The position numbers and the translations under genes are program-made. From positions 27,199 through 91,198 of the forward strand of contig CAXYDO010000014.1 of the NCBI GenBank assembly GCA_964276015.1: a DNA stretch of 64,000 nucleotides. The letters are read 5' to 3'. Source of the DNA: an uncultured Alphaproteobacteria bacterium (GTDB lineage Bacteria; Pseudomonadota; Alphaproteobacteria; UBA6615). Shown here piece after piece: positions 49,437-58,686 of the stretch (positions are counted from its first letter, which is position 1; each line of letters opens with the position of its first letter). Under the pieces are notes generated by a model. It searched no databases and was not told the DNA's origin. It saw nothing but the letters and a program-made list of their open reading frames with translations.

Positions 49437-49494
49437 CTCCCTCCGCCAAGATTATCATGCATTGTGAGATTCATCGCCTCGGCCAACTGGCCAT
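49437..49494. repeat. Right 58-bp direct repeat (attR core)
   Basis: Copy of the tRNA-Ser 3' end plus downstream sequence. See 42576..42633. Confidence 0.8.
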
Positions 49495-49624
49495 TTCGGT
49501 GCCCTGCGGCATGGTCGACGGTCTCCCCGTCGGGCTGATGATCGTCGGCAAACGCTACGAAGAAGCCACCGTTTTGCGGGTTGCAGAGGCGTTCGAACAA
49601 TCGGGCGATTGGCACAGCATGTAA
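49481..49624 (+). pseudogene. 3'-terminal remnant of an amidase-signature gene (~45 codons)
   Basis: The frame reads ...GQLAISVPCGMVDGLPVGLMIVGKRYEEATVLRVAEAFEQSGDWHSM*, a typical amidase C-terminus (compare the intact amidase at 60716..62119). It starts inside the attR repeat. Confidence 0.35.
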
Positions 49625-49669
49625 CGATTTAGGCCTTTTTGAGTGTCGCGTATTACCGTGTGCGAAACT

Positions 49670-51541
49670 TTATTCCGTGAATTGATCTTCCGGTACATCG
49701 TCGAACGAAGCGTAGTTGAGGCCGTATAGGCGCGCGTAGAGCCCGCCTTGGGCGACCAGCGCTGCGTGGGCCCCGGTTTCGACGATGTGGCCGTTCTGCA
49801 GGACGATAATTCGATCGGCGCCGCGTACGGTAGCCAGCCGGTGGGCGATGACGATGCCGGTGCGGCCCTCAAGCAAGCGTTTGAGGGCCGTTTGAATTTG
49901 GCGCTCGGTCTGGCTGTCGATATTAGCTGTCGCTTCGTCGAGTATCAGAATCTTGGCGTCCGCCACCAAGGCGCGAGCAAAACTAAGCAACTGACGCTGG
50001 CCGAGGGACAGGTTGCGGGCCTGCTCTTCGAGAATTGTGTCGTAGCCGTTGGCGAGCAGGGTGATGAAATCATGAGCACCAACCACGCGCGCAGCACGTT
50101 CGACATCCTCTCGGGTCGCCCAGACGGTCCGGTAGCGGATGTTCTCGAATATGGTTCCGGTGAACAGGAAAGGGTCCTGCAAGACCATGGCGATATGCTT
50201 GCCCAGTGATGCCTTGGCGTAGTCGCGCACGTCGTGACCGTCGATCAGCACCGCGCCTTCATTGACCTCGTAAAACCGATGCAGCAGTGACGTAATACTG
50301 GTTTTCCCCGAGCCGGTTGGGCCGACTAGGGCCACAGTTTCGCCCGGCGCCACCACAAAATTTATATTCTGCAACACAGGCTGGTTCTCGACATAACGGA
50401 ACGTGACGTCGCGAAACTCGACCGATCCCTCAATGCTGTCGGGGTCGATGGCGTCGGGACCGTCGTCGATAGCCAGGGGGACGTCGAGAACTTCGAAGAT
50501 TCGTTTGCCTGACGCCATGGCCCGTTGCATCACGGAGTACTGGATGGTGAGCGAGCGGATCGGATCGAAAAACCGTTGCACGTAGAACAGGAAGGCGACC
50601 ATGACGCCGACATCAAGCGTACTATCGAGGACCTGGAGACCTCCGACCATGATCACGATCCCCATCGCGGCACCGGTAAGGGTGTCGACGATCGGCACCA
50701 TTACCTGGGCCATTTGAGCTGACTTCAGGTGAGCGCCGAGATTGTCCTGAACTTTCTCGTCGTAGAGATCGAAATTGACCGCCTCGCGTCGCATGCTCTG
50801 CACGGTCCGCACGGCACGAATCCCTTCGGCCAGGGCGCCATTGGCGCTGGAGTTGGTTTCGCGCGCGCGGCGGAATGCCACCCGCGCGCGTGGCAACCAG
50901 ATCATGCGGACAATGAACAAGGTCGGCACCACCGACAGGGTGAGGATGCCAAGTCCAAAATCCATCGTCAGCATGATGGCAACGATGCCAAACAGCAGTA
51001 CCAGATCGCCGAACGCGGTGATCGAGTTTTCGAGAAACTCCTGCAGTGAGTTCACGTCACCGGTGAGCCGCGACATCATGCGGCCGGTCTCGGTTTTGTC
51101 CATGAACGAAAGCGATACATTCTGCAGATGAGCGTACATGGCCTGGCGAAGATCGAAGATGACATGCTCGCCGGTTATCCCGATCAGACGGTCTTGCAGC
51201 CAGTTGGCGCCATAATTGACCGTAATGACGGCCGCGAACACCAAGACCACCAGAAATAGACCGGCAGCATCGCCATCGTTGGCCAAAATGACATTGTCGA
51301 TGCCGAACCGAATAATCAACGGTATGGCCAATTGGGCCGCGGTGACGACCAGGACGGCGGCGACCGCGAGCCAAACCTGTTTACGGTAGGGCTGCACATA
51401 GGTCATGAACCGGCGTACCACGCCCCCATCAAACAGCGCCCCGAACATCTCTTCGTCGAGACTGCTCTGCGAACCAACATAGGCCCGCGGCGGTCGTTCG
51501 CGCCCTGGCGGGTGCTTGGTGCCCTCAGTTTTCGTGGTCAT
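49670..51541 (-). CDS. ABC transporter ATP-binding/permease protein (type I exporter half-transporter)
   Basis: N-terminal 6-TM domain plus NBD (GPTGSGKTS, LSLGQRQLLSFARAL, ILILDEATA). Confidence 0.8.
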   Translation of the reverse strand: MTTKTEGTKHPPGRERPPRAYVGSQSSLDEEMFGALFDGGVVRRFMTYVQPYRKQVWLAVAAVLVVTAAQLAIPLIIRFGIDNVILANDGDAAGLFLVVLVFAAVITVNYGANWLQDRLIGITGEHVIFDLRQAMYAHLQNVSLSFMDKTETGRMMSRLTGDVNSLQEFLENSITAFGDLVLLFGIVAIMLTMDFGLGILTLSVVPTLFIVRMIWLPRARVAFRRARETNSSANGALAEGIRAVRTVQSMRREAVNFDLYDEKVQDNLGAHLKSAQMAQVMVPIVDTLTGAAMGIVIMVGGLQVLDSTLDVGVMVAFLFYVQRFFDPIRSLTIQYSVMQRAMASGKRIFEVLDVPLAIDDGPDAIDPDSIEGSVEFRDVTFRYVENQPVLQNINFVVAPGETVALVGPTGSGKTSITSLLHRFYEVNEGAVLIDGHDVRDYAKASLGKHIAMVLQDPFLFTGTIFENIRYRTVWATREDVERAARVVGAHDFITLLANGYDTILEEQARNLSLGQRQLLSFARALVADAKILILDEATANIDSQTERQIQTALKRLLEGRTGIVIAHRLATVRGADRIIVLQNGHIVETGAHAALVAQGGLYARLYGLNYASFDDVPEDQFTE

Positions 51542-53427
51542 TGCGCTGCCCCCTGAATGCTGGAGGGGTCGTCATCCAGTTCGTCGTCGAGACGGTTTTG
51601 TAAGGCATGGAGCTCGGCGTAGCGTCCGCCTTGAGCCACGAGGCTCTCATGTGTGCCCCGCTCAATGATTCGTCCGCCTTCGAGAAATATGATCTCGTCG
51701 GCATGGAGTAGGGTTCTCAGGCGGTGGGAAATAAAGATCGTTGCGCAGGATTGCATCGGCGCTTTCAGGAGCTCGCGGATCTGCTGCTCGGTACCAGCGT
51801 CGATCGCCGCAGTTGAATCATCGAGGATCAGCACCGCCGGATCGAGCATGGTGGTGCGGGCGATGGCGATGCGCTGCTTCTGCCCTCCCGACAGGGACAC
51901 GCCGCGTTCGCCGACCAGGGTGCTGTAGCCTCCCGGCAGGCTGCCGATGAACGTATCGATCTGCGCCAAAGAGGCCGCATTGGCGATGGACTCGTCTTCG
52001 GCCCATGGATCGCCATAGGCGATGTTGTTTTCTAGCGACGTCGTAAACAGGAACGGGTCCTGGGGGACCGTCAACACCTGGCGGCGGAGCGATTCCAAGG
52101 TGACATCGCGTACATCCTGACCATCCAGCGTAATGCGACCGTCCGTGCAATCGTAAAAGCGGGTTAGCAGATGGGCGATTGTCGATTTACCGCTGCCCGG
52201 CGGCCCAACAATCCCGAGCGACCGGCCACGGCGGACCTCGAACGAGACTCCATGCAGTGTTGGGAGGGCGTCATCGCCGTCATAGCCGAACGAGACATTT
52301 TCATAACGAACCAGGGAGTCCTTGATCTCCAACGGCTTTGCGCCGGGCCGGTCGGCGATCGTGGGCTCCAGATCGAGGACCGCAAACAGCCGGCGCCCGG
52401 TGGTCGAGGCCCGGGCGAACGAGTTCACCAATAACCCCAGTTGGCGGACTGGCGCTTGCAGGATCGTCATGAAGGTGAGGAATTCGGTTAAGTCGCCCAC
52501 GGTCAGACGCCCTTCGAGCACACGCAATCCGCCAACCCACAGAACAAGACCCATGGCGATGAAATAGGCGAAGGTCATGACCGTGGTCGACGCCACCCTG
52601 GTCTTGATGCGTCGGTCTGCAAGCGCCATCGCAGCGTCTGCCGCCTTCCCATACTTGGCGAGCTCATAGTTTTCGGCACCGAAAGCCCGTACCACCCGGA
52701 TACCTGTGAGGTTCTCATCCATGATCCGGCCGATGATCCCCATGCGCTCCTGCAAGGCCAGCCACAGAGACCGCAGTTTGAGTCGAGCCACGGCCGATTG
52801 CCAGGCGACGAACGGCACGAAGCTAAGACTCATGGCTCCGAGGAGCAGGTCGGCCGAGAGCAGTAGATAAGCGCCGGCACCGATCAGAATACTCAACAGG
52901 ACGAGGCGCACCAGGCCACTACTGACAAACATCCGTACGCCTTCCAGGTCGAGCATGCCGCGGGTGATCAGCTCTCCGGTATGAACCCGGTCGTGGAACG
53001 AAAAACTCAAACTTTGCAGCTTGTTGTAGAAGGCGAGCCGAAGATCGTAGGCCATCATATGGCCGACGGCTTCGCCCATATAATTGTGTATGAGGGTGAA
53101 CAAGCCGCGCATAATTGAGACGCCGAGTAGCAGCGCGGCAGTCTGGAACAATGCGGTGCGGGCTGCCGCTGCTGTGGCGTTCCCGGTGTCGAGTAGGCCC
53201 AGCGCGCCATCAACTGCACTGCCGAGAAGCGGTGGCACCGTGAGTTGGAACAGCGCTGCGATCACGGTTGCACCGACGGCGATGGCAACGCGTCCGCGAT
53301 AGCGTAGGCACAGTCGGATGATGCGCCACAATATCTGCGCGTCGTTACCTAACTGGCGATCGATATCGGAAGGCGAAGTCGTCAAGGGTTCATCCAGTTT
53401 AGAGTTCGGAAGCGACCTTAGTGGCAC
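51538..53427 (-). CDS. ABC transporter ATP-binding/permease protein (type I exporter half-transporter; partner of 49670..51541)
   Basis: TMD plus NBD (GPPGSGKST, LSGGQKQRIAIART, LILDDSTAA). It overlaps the downstream gene by 4 nt, suggesting a heterodimeric pair. Confidence 0.8.
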   Translation of the reverse strand: MPLRSLPNSKLDEPLTTSPSDIDRQLGNDAQILWRIIRLCLRYRGRVAIAVGATVIAALFQLTVPPLLGSAVDGALGLLDTGNATAAAARTALFQTAALLLGVSIMRGLFTLIHNYMGEAVGHMMAYDLRLAFYNKLQSLSFSFHDRVHTGELITRGMLDLEGVRMFVSSGLVRLVLLSILIGAGAYLLLSADLLLGAMSLSFVPFVAWQSAVARLKLRSLWLALQERMGIIGRIMDENLTGIRVVRAFGAENYELAKYGKAADAAMALADRRIKTRVASTTVMTFAYFIAMGLVLWVGGLRVLEGRLTVGDLTEFLTFMTILQAPVRQLGLLVNSFARASTTGRRLFAVLDLEPTIADRPGAKPLEIKDSLVRYENVSFGYDGDDALPTLHGVSFEVRRGRSLGIVGPPGSGKSTIAHLLTRFYDCTDGRITLDGQDVRDVTLESLRRQVLTVPQDPFLFTTSLENNIAYGDPWAEDESIANAASLAQIDTFIGSLPGGYSTLVGERGVSLSGGQKQRIAIARTTMLDPAVLILDDSTAAIDAGTEQQIRELLKAPMQSCATIFISHRLRTLLHADEIIFLEGGRIIERGTHESLVAQGGRYAELHALQNRLDDELDDDPSSIQGAAQ

Positions 53428-53783
53428 GCCACCGGCACCCGAAACGGCTGCTGTTGGAGCTTTGAATTTCGCCGCAGCGCTTAGCCCTATTCGCGATTAT
53501 ACAACTCTCGGGAGATTATGACTAAATCTTACATTGTTTGATATTCTCATCGGCCAACGATTAGTGGACAGTATGAAAACCCCTGTTCCAACCTGACGTG
53601 TCAGCCTCGACCAATGCAGGACCGGCTGCGCGAGAGGGTGCGGCCCTGCCGCAAGTTTTGCCAGAGGAAGAGGCCAATGTTTAAGGGTTCTGGCGCGTGC
53701 GAAGTCACGTTGAGTTCCTCTTCATTGATATGCGGGTGCATTTTTTGTTGGGCCGTGCCGCATTCATCCCGTAGAGGAACAGG

Positions 53784-54401
53784 ATGTCCCGCAAAGATAA
53801 AACATCAGGAACCAATGGACTGATCTGTGATTTCACAGGCGGCGCAGTTGCACACCGTTTTCGTTTTGGCGGGGGGCGCGGTCAGGCTTTGCCCAAGGCT
53901 GTCGGGATGAAGGGTGGGAAAACCCCAGGCGTGGTGGATGCGACGGCCGGTCTCGGCCGGGACGCCTTTTTGCTGGCTTCGCTGGGCGCCGAAGTGACCC
54001 TGATCGAACGGTCCCGCGAAATGCATGGTCTCTTGGCCGAAGGGCTGGAACGGGCCCTCAACGCTGGTGGTGATGTGGCAGAGGTCATCAGCCGCATGAC
54101 CCTGCTTTATGGTGATGCCAAGGATTTGTTGCCGAGCCTTTCGCCGGACGTGGTGCTGGTCGATCCGATGCACCCCGCGCGCAAAAAATCGGCCCTTGTG
54201 AAGAATGAAATGCGCCTGGTCCGCGAGATAGTCGGCACGGATGAGGATTCTGTAGAAGTTATGAAGGTCGCACTGGCCAACGCGCGCAAGCGGGTGGTCT
54301 TAAAGCGGCCCCTGCGGGCCGATCCGATGGAGGGTATCGGTGCTGCATCCCATCAGATCATAGGTAAATCCACGGCCTATGATGTGTTTATGGTGGGTTA
54401 G
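53784..54401 (+). CDS. class I SAM-dependent methyltransferase, RsmJ-like (16S rRNA m2G1516 family), short form
   Basis: DFTGGAVAHRFRFGGGRGQALPKAVG...VVDATAGLGRDAFLLASLG...VLVDPMHPARKKSALVKNEMR is collinear with RsmJ. The N-terminal ~60 aa found in E. coli RsmJ are not present in frame. Confidence 0.55.
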   Translation: MSRKDKTSGTNGLICDFTGGAVAHRFRFGGGRGQALPKAVGMKGGKTPGVVDATAGLGRDAFLLASLGAEVTLIERSREMHGLLAEGLERALNAGGDVAEVISRMTLLYGDAKDLLPSLSPDVVLVDPMHPARKKSALVKNEMRLVREIVGTDEDSVEVMKVALANARKRVVLKRPLRADPMEGIGAASHQIIGKSTAYDVFMVG

Positions 54402-54421
54402 CCCGCGTAAAAGCGCACTTT

Positions 54422-54862
54422 TCAACGCTCGACGCCTTCCCCTTCATGGGATGATATTTTGGCAACGAGCTCTTCCTGCAAGGGGACAGCGTTGCTCGTC
54501 GCCGCATCGACGTTGACCCAAACAACTTCGCCCGCGGTGCGGATGTCGTCAGCACCCTTGGGATGGATTTCAAGCAGAAAGGTCAGCGAGGATCTTCCGA
54601 TCCGTGAGGTTCGCACATGGACCTCAATGTCCTCGTCGAAGAGGATCGAACGCTTAAATTCGACGAGCGCACGAACGGTGTGGAAATCTTCACCGGTGCG
54701 GTTGACCTGCCCCATGTAGTCATAGGGCAGCGCGCGGAAATATTCCGTCACCGCGGTGTCGAAATACGTCAGGTAGTGCGCATTGAAAACGATTTTTTGC
54801 CCGTCCACTTCCGAGTAACGGACGCGGAACGGCCAGGCAAAACTGAAGTCGGACTTTGCCAA
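54422..54862 (-). CDS. acyl-CoA thioesterase (hotdog fold, YbgC/4HBT-like)
   Basis: 146 aa with the N-terminus FRVRYSEVDGQKIVFNAHYLTYF typical of the 4HBT family. Confidence 0.65.
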   Translation of the reverse strand: MAKSDFSFAWPFRVRYSEVDGQKIVFNAHYLTYFDTAVTEYFRALPYDYMGQVNRTGEDFHTVRALVEFKRSILFDEDIEVHVRTSRIGRSSLTFLLEIHPKGADDIRTAGEVVWVNVDAATSNAVPLQEELVAKISSHEGEGVER

Positions 54863-54865
54863 TGC

Positions 54866-55885
54866 TCAGCTCTTCTTGCGCGCGTGGATGACCCGGGTCA
54901 TACCGGGAACGACCTCATCCTCTTTGATACCCTTAAAGCCCGAAGCTGACATCCGGTCTTTCAGCCAGCCCGGGGTTACCGAGCGTGCTTCCGGCGTGAA
55001 GGCCATATGCTGCAACTGCCAGAGCGCGGCCAAATGTGGACCGGACCGGTCATCTTCGACCATAAAGTCGTGCAAAATGAGATGGCCATCGTCGGCGAGG
55101 CATTCAAAAGCGTATTCGATGACCCGTGTAATTTCGTCTTCGGGAATGCCGCTCAGGAGATAAGACATGAGTATGGCCCCTTGCTGCTTGGGCCATTCCG
55201 TCTTTAGGGCGTTCCCGGGAATGAAGCGGATACGGTCCGTCATGCCGGCTTCGCTGACAAACCGCCAACCAATTTCTGAAACATTTGGAAAGTCGATGAT
55301 CGTCGAAACGAGGTCGGGGTTGGCTTCCAATAGCCGGATGCTCATGGCGCCAGTGCCGCCGCCAACATCGAGAAGTTGACGCGCATCGGACAGGTCAACG
55401 ATGCGTGAGAGTGTTCGCCCCGGTCCGAGGGAGCCGGCATGCTGCGCATTACTGTAAATGCTCGCTTGTTCCGGATCTGACATCCAGTGCTGATAAGAAT
55501 CGACAGCCGCGGGGTCGAGCGTGCCGTCGATGACCTCATTCAGCTGGGTCATAAAGGGATACATCTGCTTGTCGATTTGATACCGCAGGTAGTCGCCAAA
55601 CTCGTGTTTCGACTCCCGCGATAGAAACGTGCTTGCGGCGGGCGCGTTTGTATAGGCTTCGTCGTTCAAGTCGATCAGGCCGATGCTGCTGAGGGCGGTA
55701 AGCACGGTCATAATGCGATTCTCAGGGACCCCGGTTTCAGCCGCGATCTCGGCAGCGGTTCCCGGCTTCCGGTCCAATAAGGTGAAGATGTCTATGTGGA
55801 GGCCAGCAAAAAGCGCTTTCGAGGCCATGAAGCCGAATGCGATTTGTGAAACTTCTTCAGCTGTATTGGCTAACTCTACCGACAT
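54866..55885 (-). CDS. class I SAM-dependent O-methyltransferase (family 2, with N-terminal dimerisation domain)
   Basis: SAM motif LLDVGGGTGAMSI and DFPNV... collinear with bacterial OMTs. The start was set to the internal ATG (MSVELANTAEEV) because upstream ORF sequence overlaps the neighbouring pseudogene. Confidence 0.6.
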   Translation of the reverse strand: MSVELANTAEEVSQIAFGFMASKALFAGLHIDIFTLLDRKPGTAAEIAAETGVPENRIMTVLTALSSIGLIDLNDEAYTNAPAASTFLSRESKHEFGDYLRYQIDKQMYPFMTQLNEVIDGTLDPAAVDSYQHWMSDPEQASIYSNAQHAGSLGPGRTLSRIVDLSDARQLLDVGGGTGAMSIRLLEANPDLVSTIIDFPNVSEIGWRFVSEAGMTDRIRFIPGNALKTEWPKQQGAILMSYLLSGIPEDEITRVIEYAFECLADDGHLILHDFMVEDDRSGPHLAALWQLQHMAFTPEARSVTPGWLKDRMSASGFKGIKEDEVVPGMTRVIHARKKS

Positions 55886-55955
55886 CGAAAATAAAACCCC
55901 CTGCGTGATAGGAATGCCCGCTTGGCGACTTGGTGCGGGTTCTAGTGGGGTATAC

Positions 55956-56908
55956 TTATCGGGTTGGACCCCTCCAATCAAATGCACCCAAGCTGTCATT
56001 TCCCGTCGGGGAGTACCACGCGTCGGGGTTTGCCCCGTCGATCCCACTGCCAAGCGTGTCGTTGTGTTTCAAGGCGATCGTAGTCCGGGAACCAGCGGCG
56101 ACGGCCATGACTTCTTTCAATATTGGCATCGGTGCGGTGTCGTAGCCGCGACCCCAGGCAACCAATGTACCGGTGGGGCGGATCGCCAAAGAATGAGATG
56201 AACCGGCCGCAATGGCCTTGGCACCGGACATGATCACGCTCCACCGGATCGCCTTGTCCCCCAAACCATGTATGCCAACCGGGCCGTTGATGTTGCCGCC
56301 GGTGTCCAAAACGTCTCCGTTTTGCAGGAGCATAATGGAGTGTCCGTTATGGGCTGTGATGTGGGCAGCGTTGGAGGCTGTTTGTACAAACCGATCTGTC
56401 GATTTCAGCTGGCCATCACCGTATTGCCCGCGATGAGCGCGGCCTTTGACGAACAGGTCGCCCGAAGATGTGACCTAGTAGTTTGCCCCATCCCCAACGG
56501 CGGCAACCGCGACGTCGGTGGCCACATGTTGCCTGGTTTCGTCCGATAGCCACCAAAGCGCGGAATCATTGGTAATCGCCAGCACGCCGCTGTCGCCAGC
56601 ACGCCGCTGTCGCCAGCCGAAAACCTCACTATACCCGCCATCAATAGGGTTTTCTGGTTCGTATTCCCACTGAAGACCATGAGATCATCGTTGTTTGTTA
56701 GCGCGTAATATTTGTCGCGCCCGACGCCGACCCGACGCGCTGTCACCGGCAGTATCATGGGTGAGTTTTGTCCCTTCCACGCATAAACCTGCCCGGCCAC
56801 AATCGCCATTTGCCGATCATAAAAAGCCGCAAGCTTTGGCGACGAGCTATCAGCCAAAGCCGTGCCGGACGTCAGCAGGATAATTAGAAATACTTGAACA
56901 CTACGCAT
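55956..56908 (-). pseudogene. secreted RCC1-repeat protein gene inactivated by a 17-bp tandem duplication (56581..56614) and an in-frame TAG
   Basis: Signal peptide MRSVQVFLIILLTSGTALA plus RCC1-like repeats (GSSHSLAI, GTLVAWG, GQYGDGQL). The reading frame is only continuous if one 17-bp copy is removed. Even then one TAG remains (approximately 56478..56480). Confidence 0.45.
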
Positions 56909-57045
56909 TCTCACGTCGCCACCTTGTTCGGTTGTGCGCTTGCGCATATAGGCCTGCGATAACAACACCTCGATCCGTGTCGCGTGTGACCCTGACAGGT
57001 GATCTGCTAAGGTTTGGCAAATTTTCGCAGCGTAGAAGGCCCCAT

Positions 57046-57672
57046 ATGGACCCCTTGAGCACAGACGTTCTGACATTTTGGTTTGGCGACACTGATCTCA
57101 CCCAGGAAATGGAACGGCGCGACGTTTGGTTTCGCTCCACGCCCGCCTTCGATACCGAGCTCACCGCGCGTTTTATTGAGATTCAGGAGCGGGCGGGCGG
57201 CGGCGCGTTTGACCATTTCGTCGACGACCCGGGGGATTGCCTCGCGCTGATCCTGATGCTCGATCAGTTTCCGCGCAATATGTATAGGGGGTCGCCGCGC
57301 GCGTTCGGCACCGATGCCAAGGCCCGCGAGATTGCCCGGATTGCCCTCGACCGGGGGTATGACCAGGGCATGGCCAGCTGGCGCCGGATTTTTCTCTATC
57401 TTCCGTTTGAGCACAGCGAGGATCTGGCCGACCAGGACCGGGCCTGCGCGCTTTACGAAAACCTCGGGCAGGAACGCTCGTACCAATCGGCGCTGGACCA
57501 TCGTGAGGCAATCCGGCGTTTCGGGCACTTCCCCCATCGGAACGACGTCCTCGGGCGGGTGAGCACTCTCGAAGAAGTGGCATATCTTGAAGACCCGCCG
57601 CTGTGGGGCAAAACCGAGGCTGAGGTTGCTGAGATAGAGCGAAGTAAGGCCGAAAAGGGCGCCTCCGGGTAG
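57046..57672 (+). CDS. DUF924 family protein
   Basis: LTFWFGD...DQFPRNMYRG... is the DUF924 signature. The start was set to the ATG at 57046. Confidence 0.65.
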   Translation: MDPLSTDVLTFWFGDTDLTQEMERRDVWFRSTPAFDTELTARFIEIQERAGGGAFDHFVDDPGDCLALILMLDQFPRNMYRGSPRAFGTDAKAREIARIALDRGYDQGMASWRRIFLYLPFEHSEDLADQDRACALYENLGQERSYQSALDHREAIRRFGHFPHRNDVLGRVSTLEEVAYLEDPPLWGKTEAEVAEIERSKAEKGASG

Positions 57673-57714
57673 GCGCTACCCGGGCGGAAGCCCCCTCCAA
57701 GTCAGCCCGAATAC

Positions 57715-58315
57715 TTAGTCGATAATTACGGATATCTGCGCCAACTGCCCAAATCCCGCCAGCGGATCGGTGATGCCGTGTCGGCGCAGGGCATACCAAT
57801 AGGTGGCGATATTGGTCGAAACGATAGAGCGTGCCAGTTCCTGTTCAAGCTCAGCAACCATGTCGACAATCCCCAATGCGGCGCCGACAAGCAGGAAGGT
57901 GTCGACATCCAAGCAGGAAGGTGTCGACATCATCGTGGTCGAGCGCGCGAAATCCAGCCACCGCATCTTCGATGGAAACCTTGATGATATCTTCGGTTTT
58001 TTTGACTTGCAGCCCGGAGTGGTAGGGCACTTCGAAAACCATCACCGTGTAGTATTTCTGCACGCTTTGGGAATAGACATCCGACATGGGTCACAGGGCG
58101 GCAATGCGCGTGGCCCCCACGAGTTTCAGCGCGGCAACTGCGGTATCTGTGGCCGTGACCAGGGGTATGTCACCGATCCCCTCCTGCAGCCTTCCTCGAT
58201 ATTCCGCGTGCTGATCGGGGGTCCAGTTTCGCATCTCGATATTGTTTCCGATGATGACCTGGTCAGGCCAGCAGCCGAGCCCGTCCTCGACGACACGTAC
58301 AATCGCGTCGGGCAT
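57715..58315 (-). pseudogene. Asp/Glu/hydantoin racemase superfamily gene (maleate isomerase / arylmalonate decarboxylase-like) inactivated by an in-frame TGA (58091..58093) and a 22-bp tandem duplication (57889..57932)
   Basis: The pieces ...VTATDTAVAALKLVGATRIAAL-TGA-PMSDVY...DVDTFLLGC[dup]...LGIVDMVAELEQELARSIVSTNIATYWYALRRHGI are collinear with the maleate isomerase C-terminal half. The duplicated codons DVDTFLL occur twice. Confidence 0.45.
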
Positions 58316-58686
58316 TGGGTTGGGTTCCCTCGAGTGGCGTTCGCGAATGCCGGTTTTGCCTCAGTATATTACGGCTGGGCAAGCATGGTCTGCGCCTGCT
58401 CTATCGGCAACTCGCTGGCGCCTGAAGCTCGCTTTGGGCGCCCCTGTATATGGCGCGCGTTTATGCAGCACCAAGAGAACCCGCATCCGGAGTAGCGTGT
58501 TGTGCAAGTCGGTCAGCACACCGGGCCTGGATGCTTCGCGGAACCGGCGTAAACGTTCGGTGAGAATGGACGCGGTGCCCCATCCGATTAACAGGGCCGC
58601 GCGCCCAATTTCTGCCTGGGCTGAATTCATCAGATCGGCAAGGTGCCCGATGACGCGTTGTCCAAGCGTCTCAAGCCGTTCGCAAT

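Noticed and set aside
58091-58093. In-frame TGA in the racemase-family gene as a second selenocysteine site
   Set aside because: The position corresponds to a structural residue in RIALLTPY, not to a redox Cys. The same gene carries a frameshifting 22-bp duplication, so a nonsense mutation is the simpler reading.
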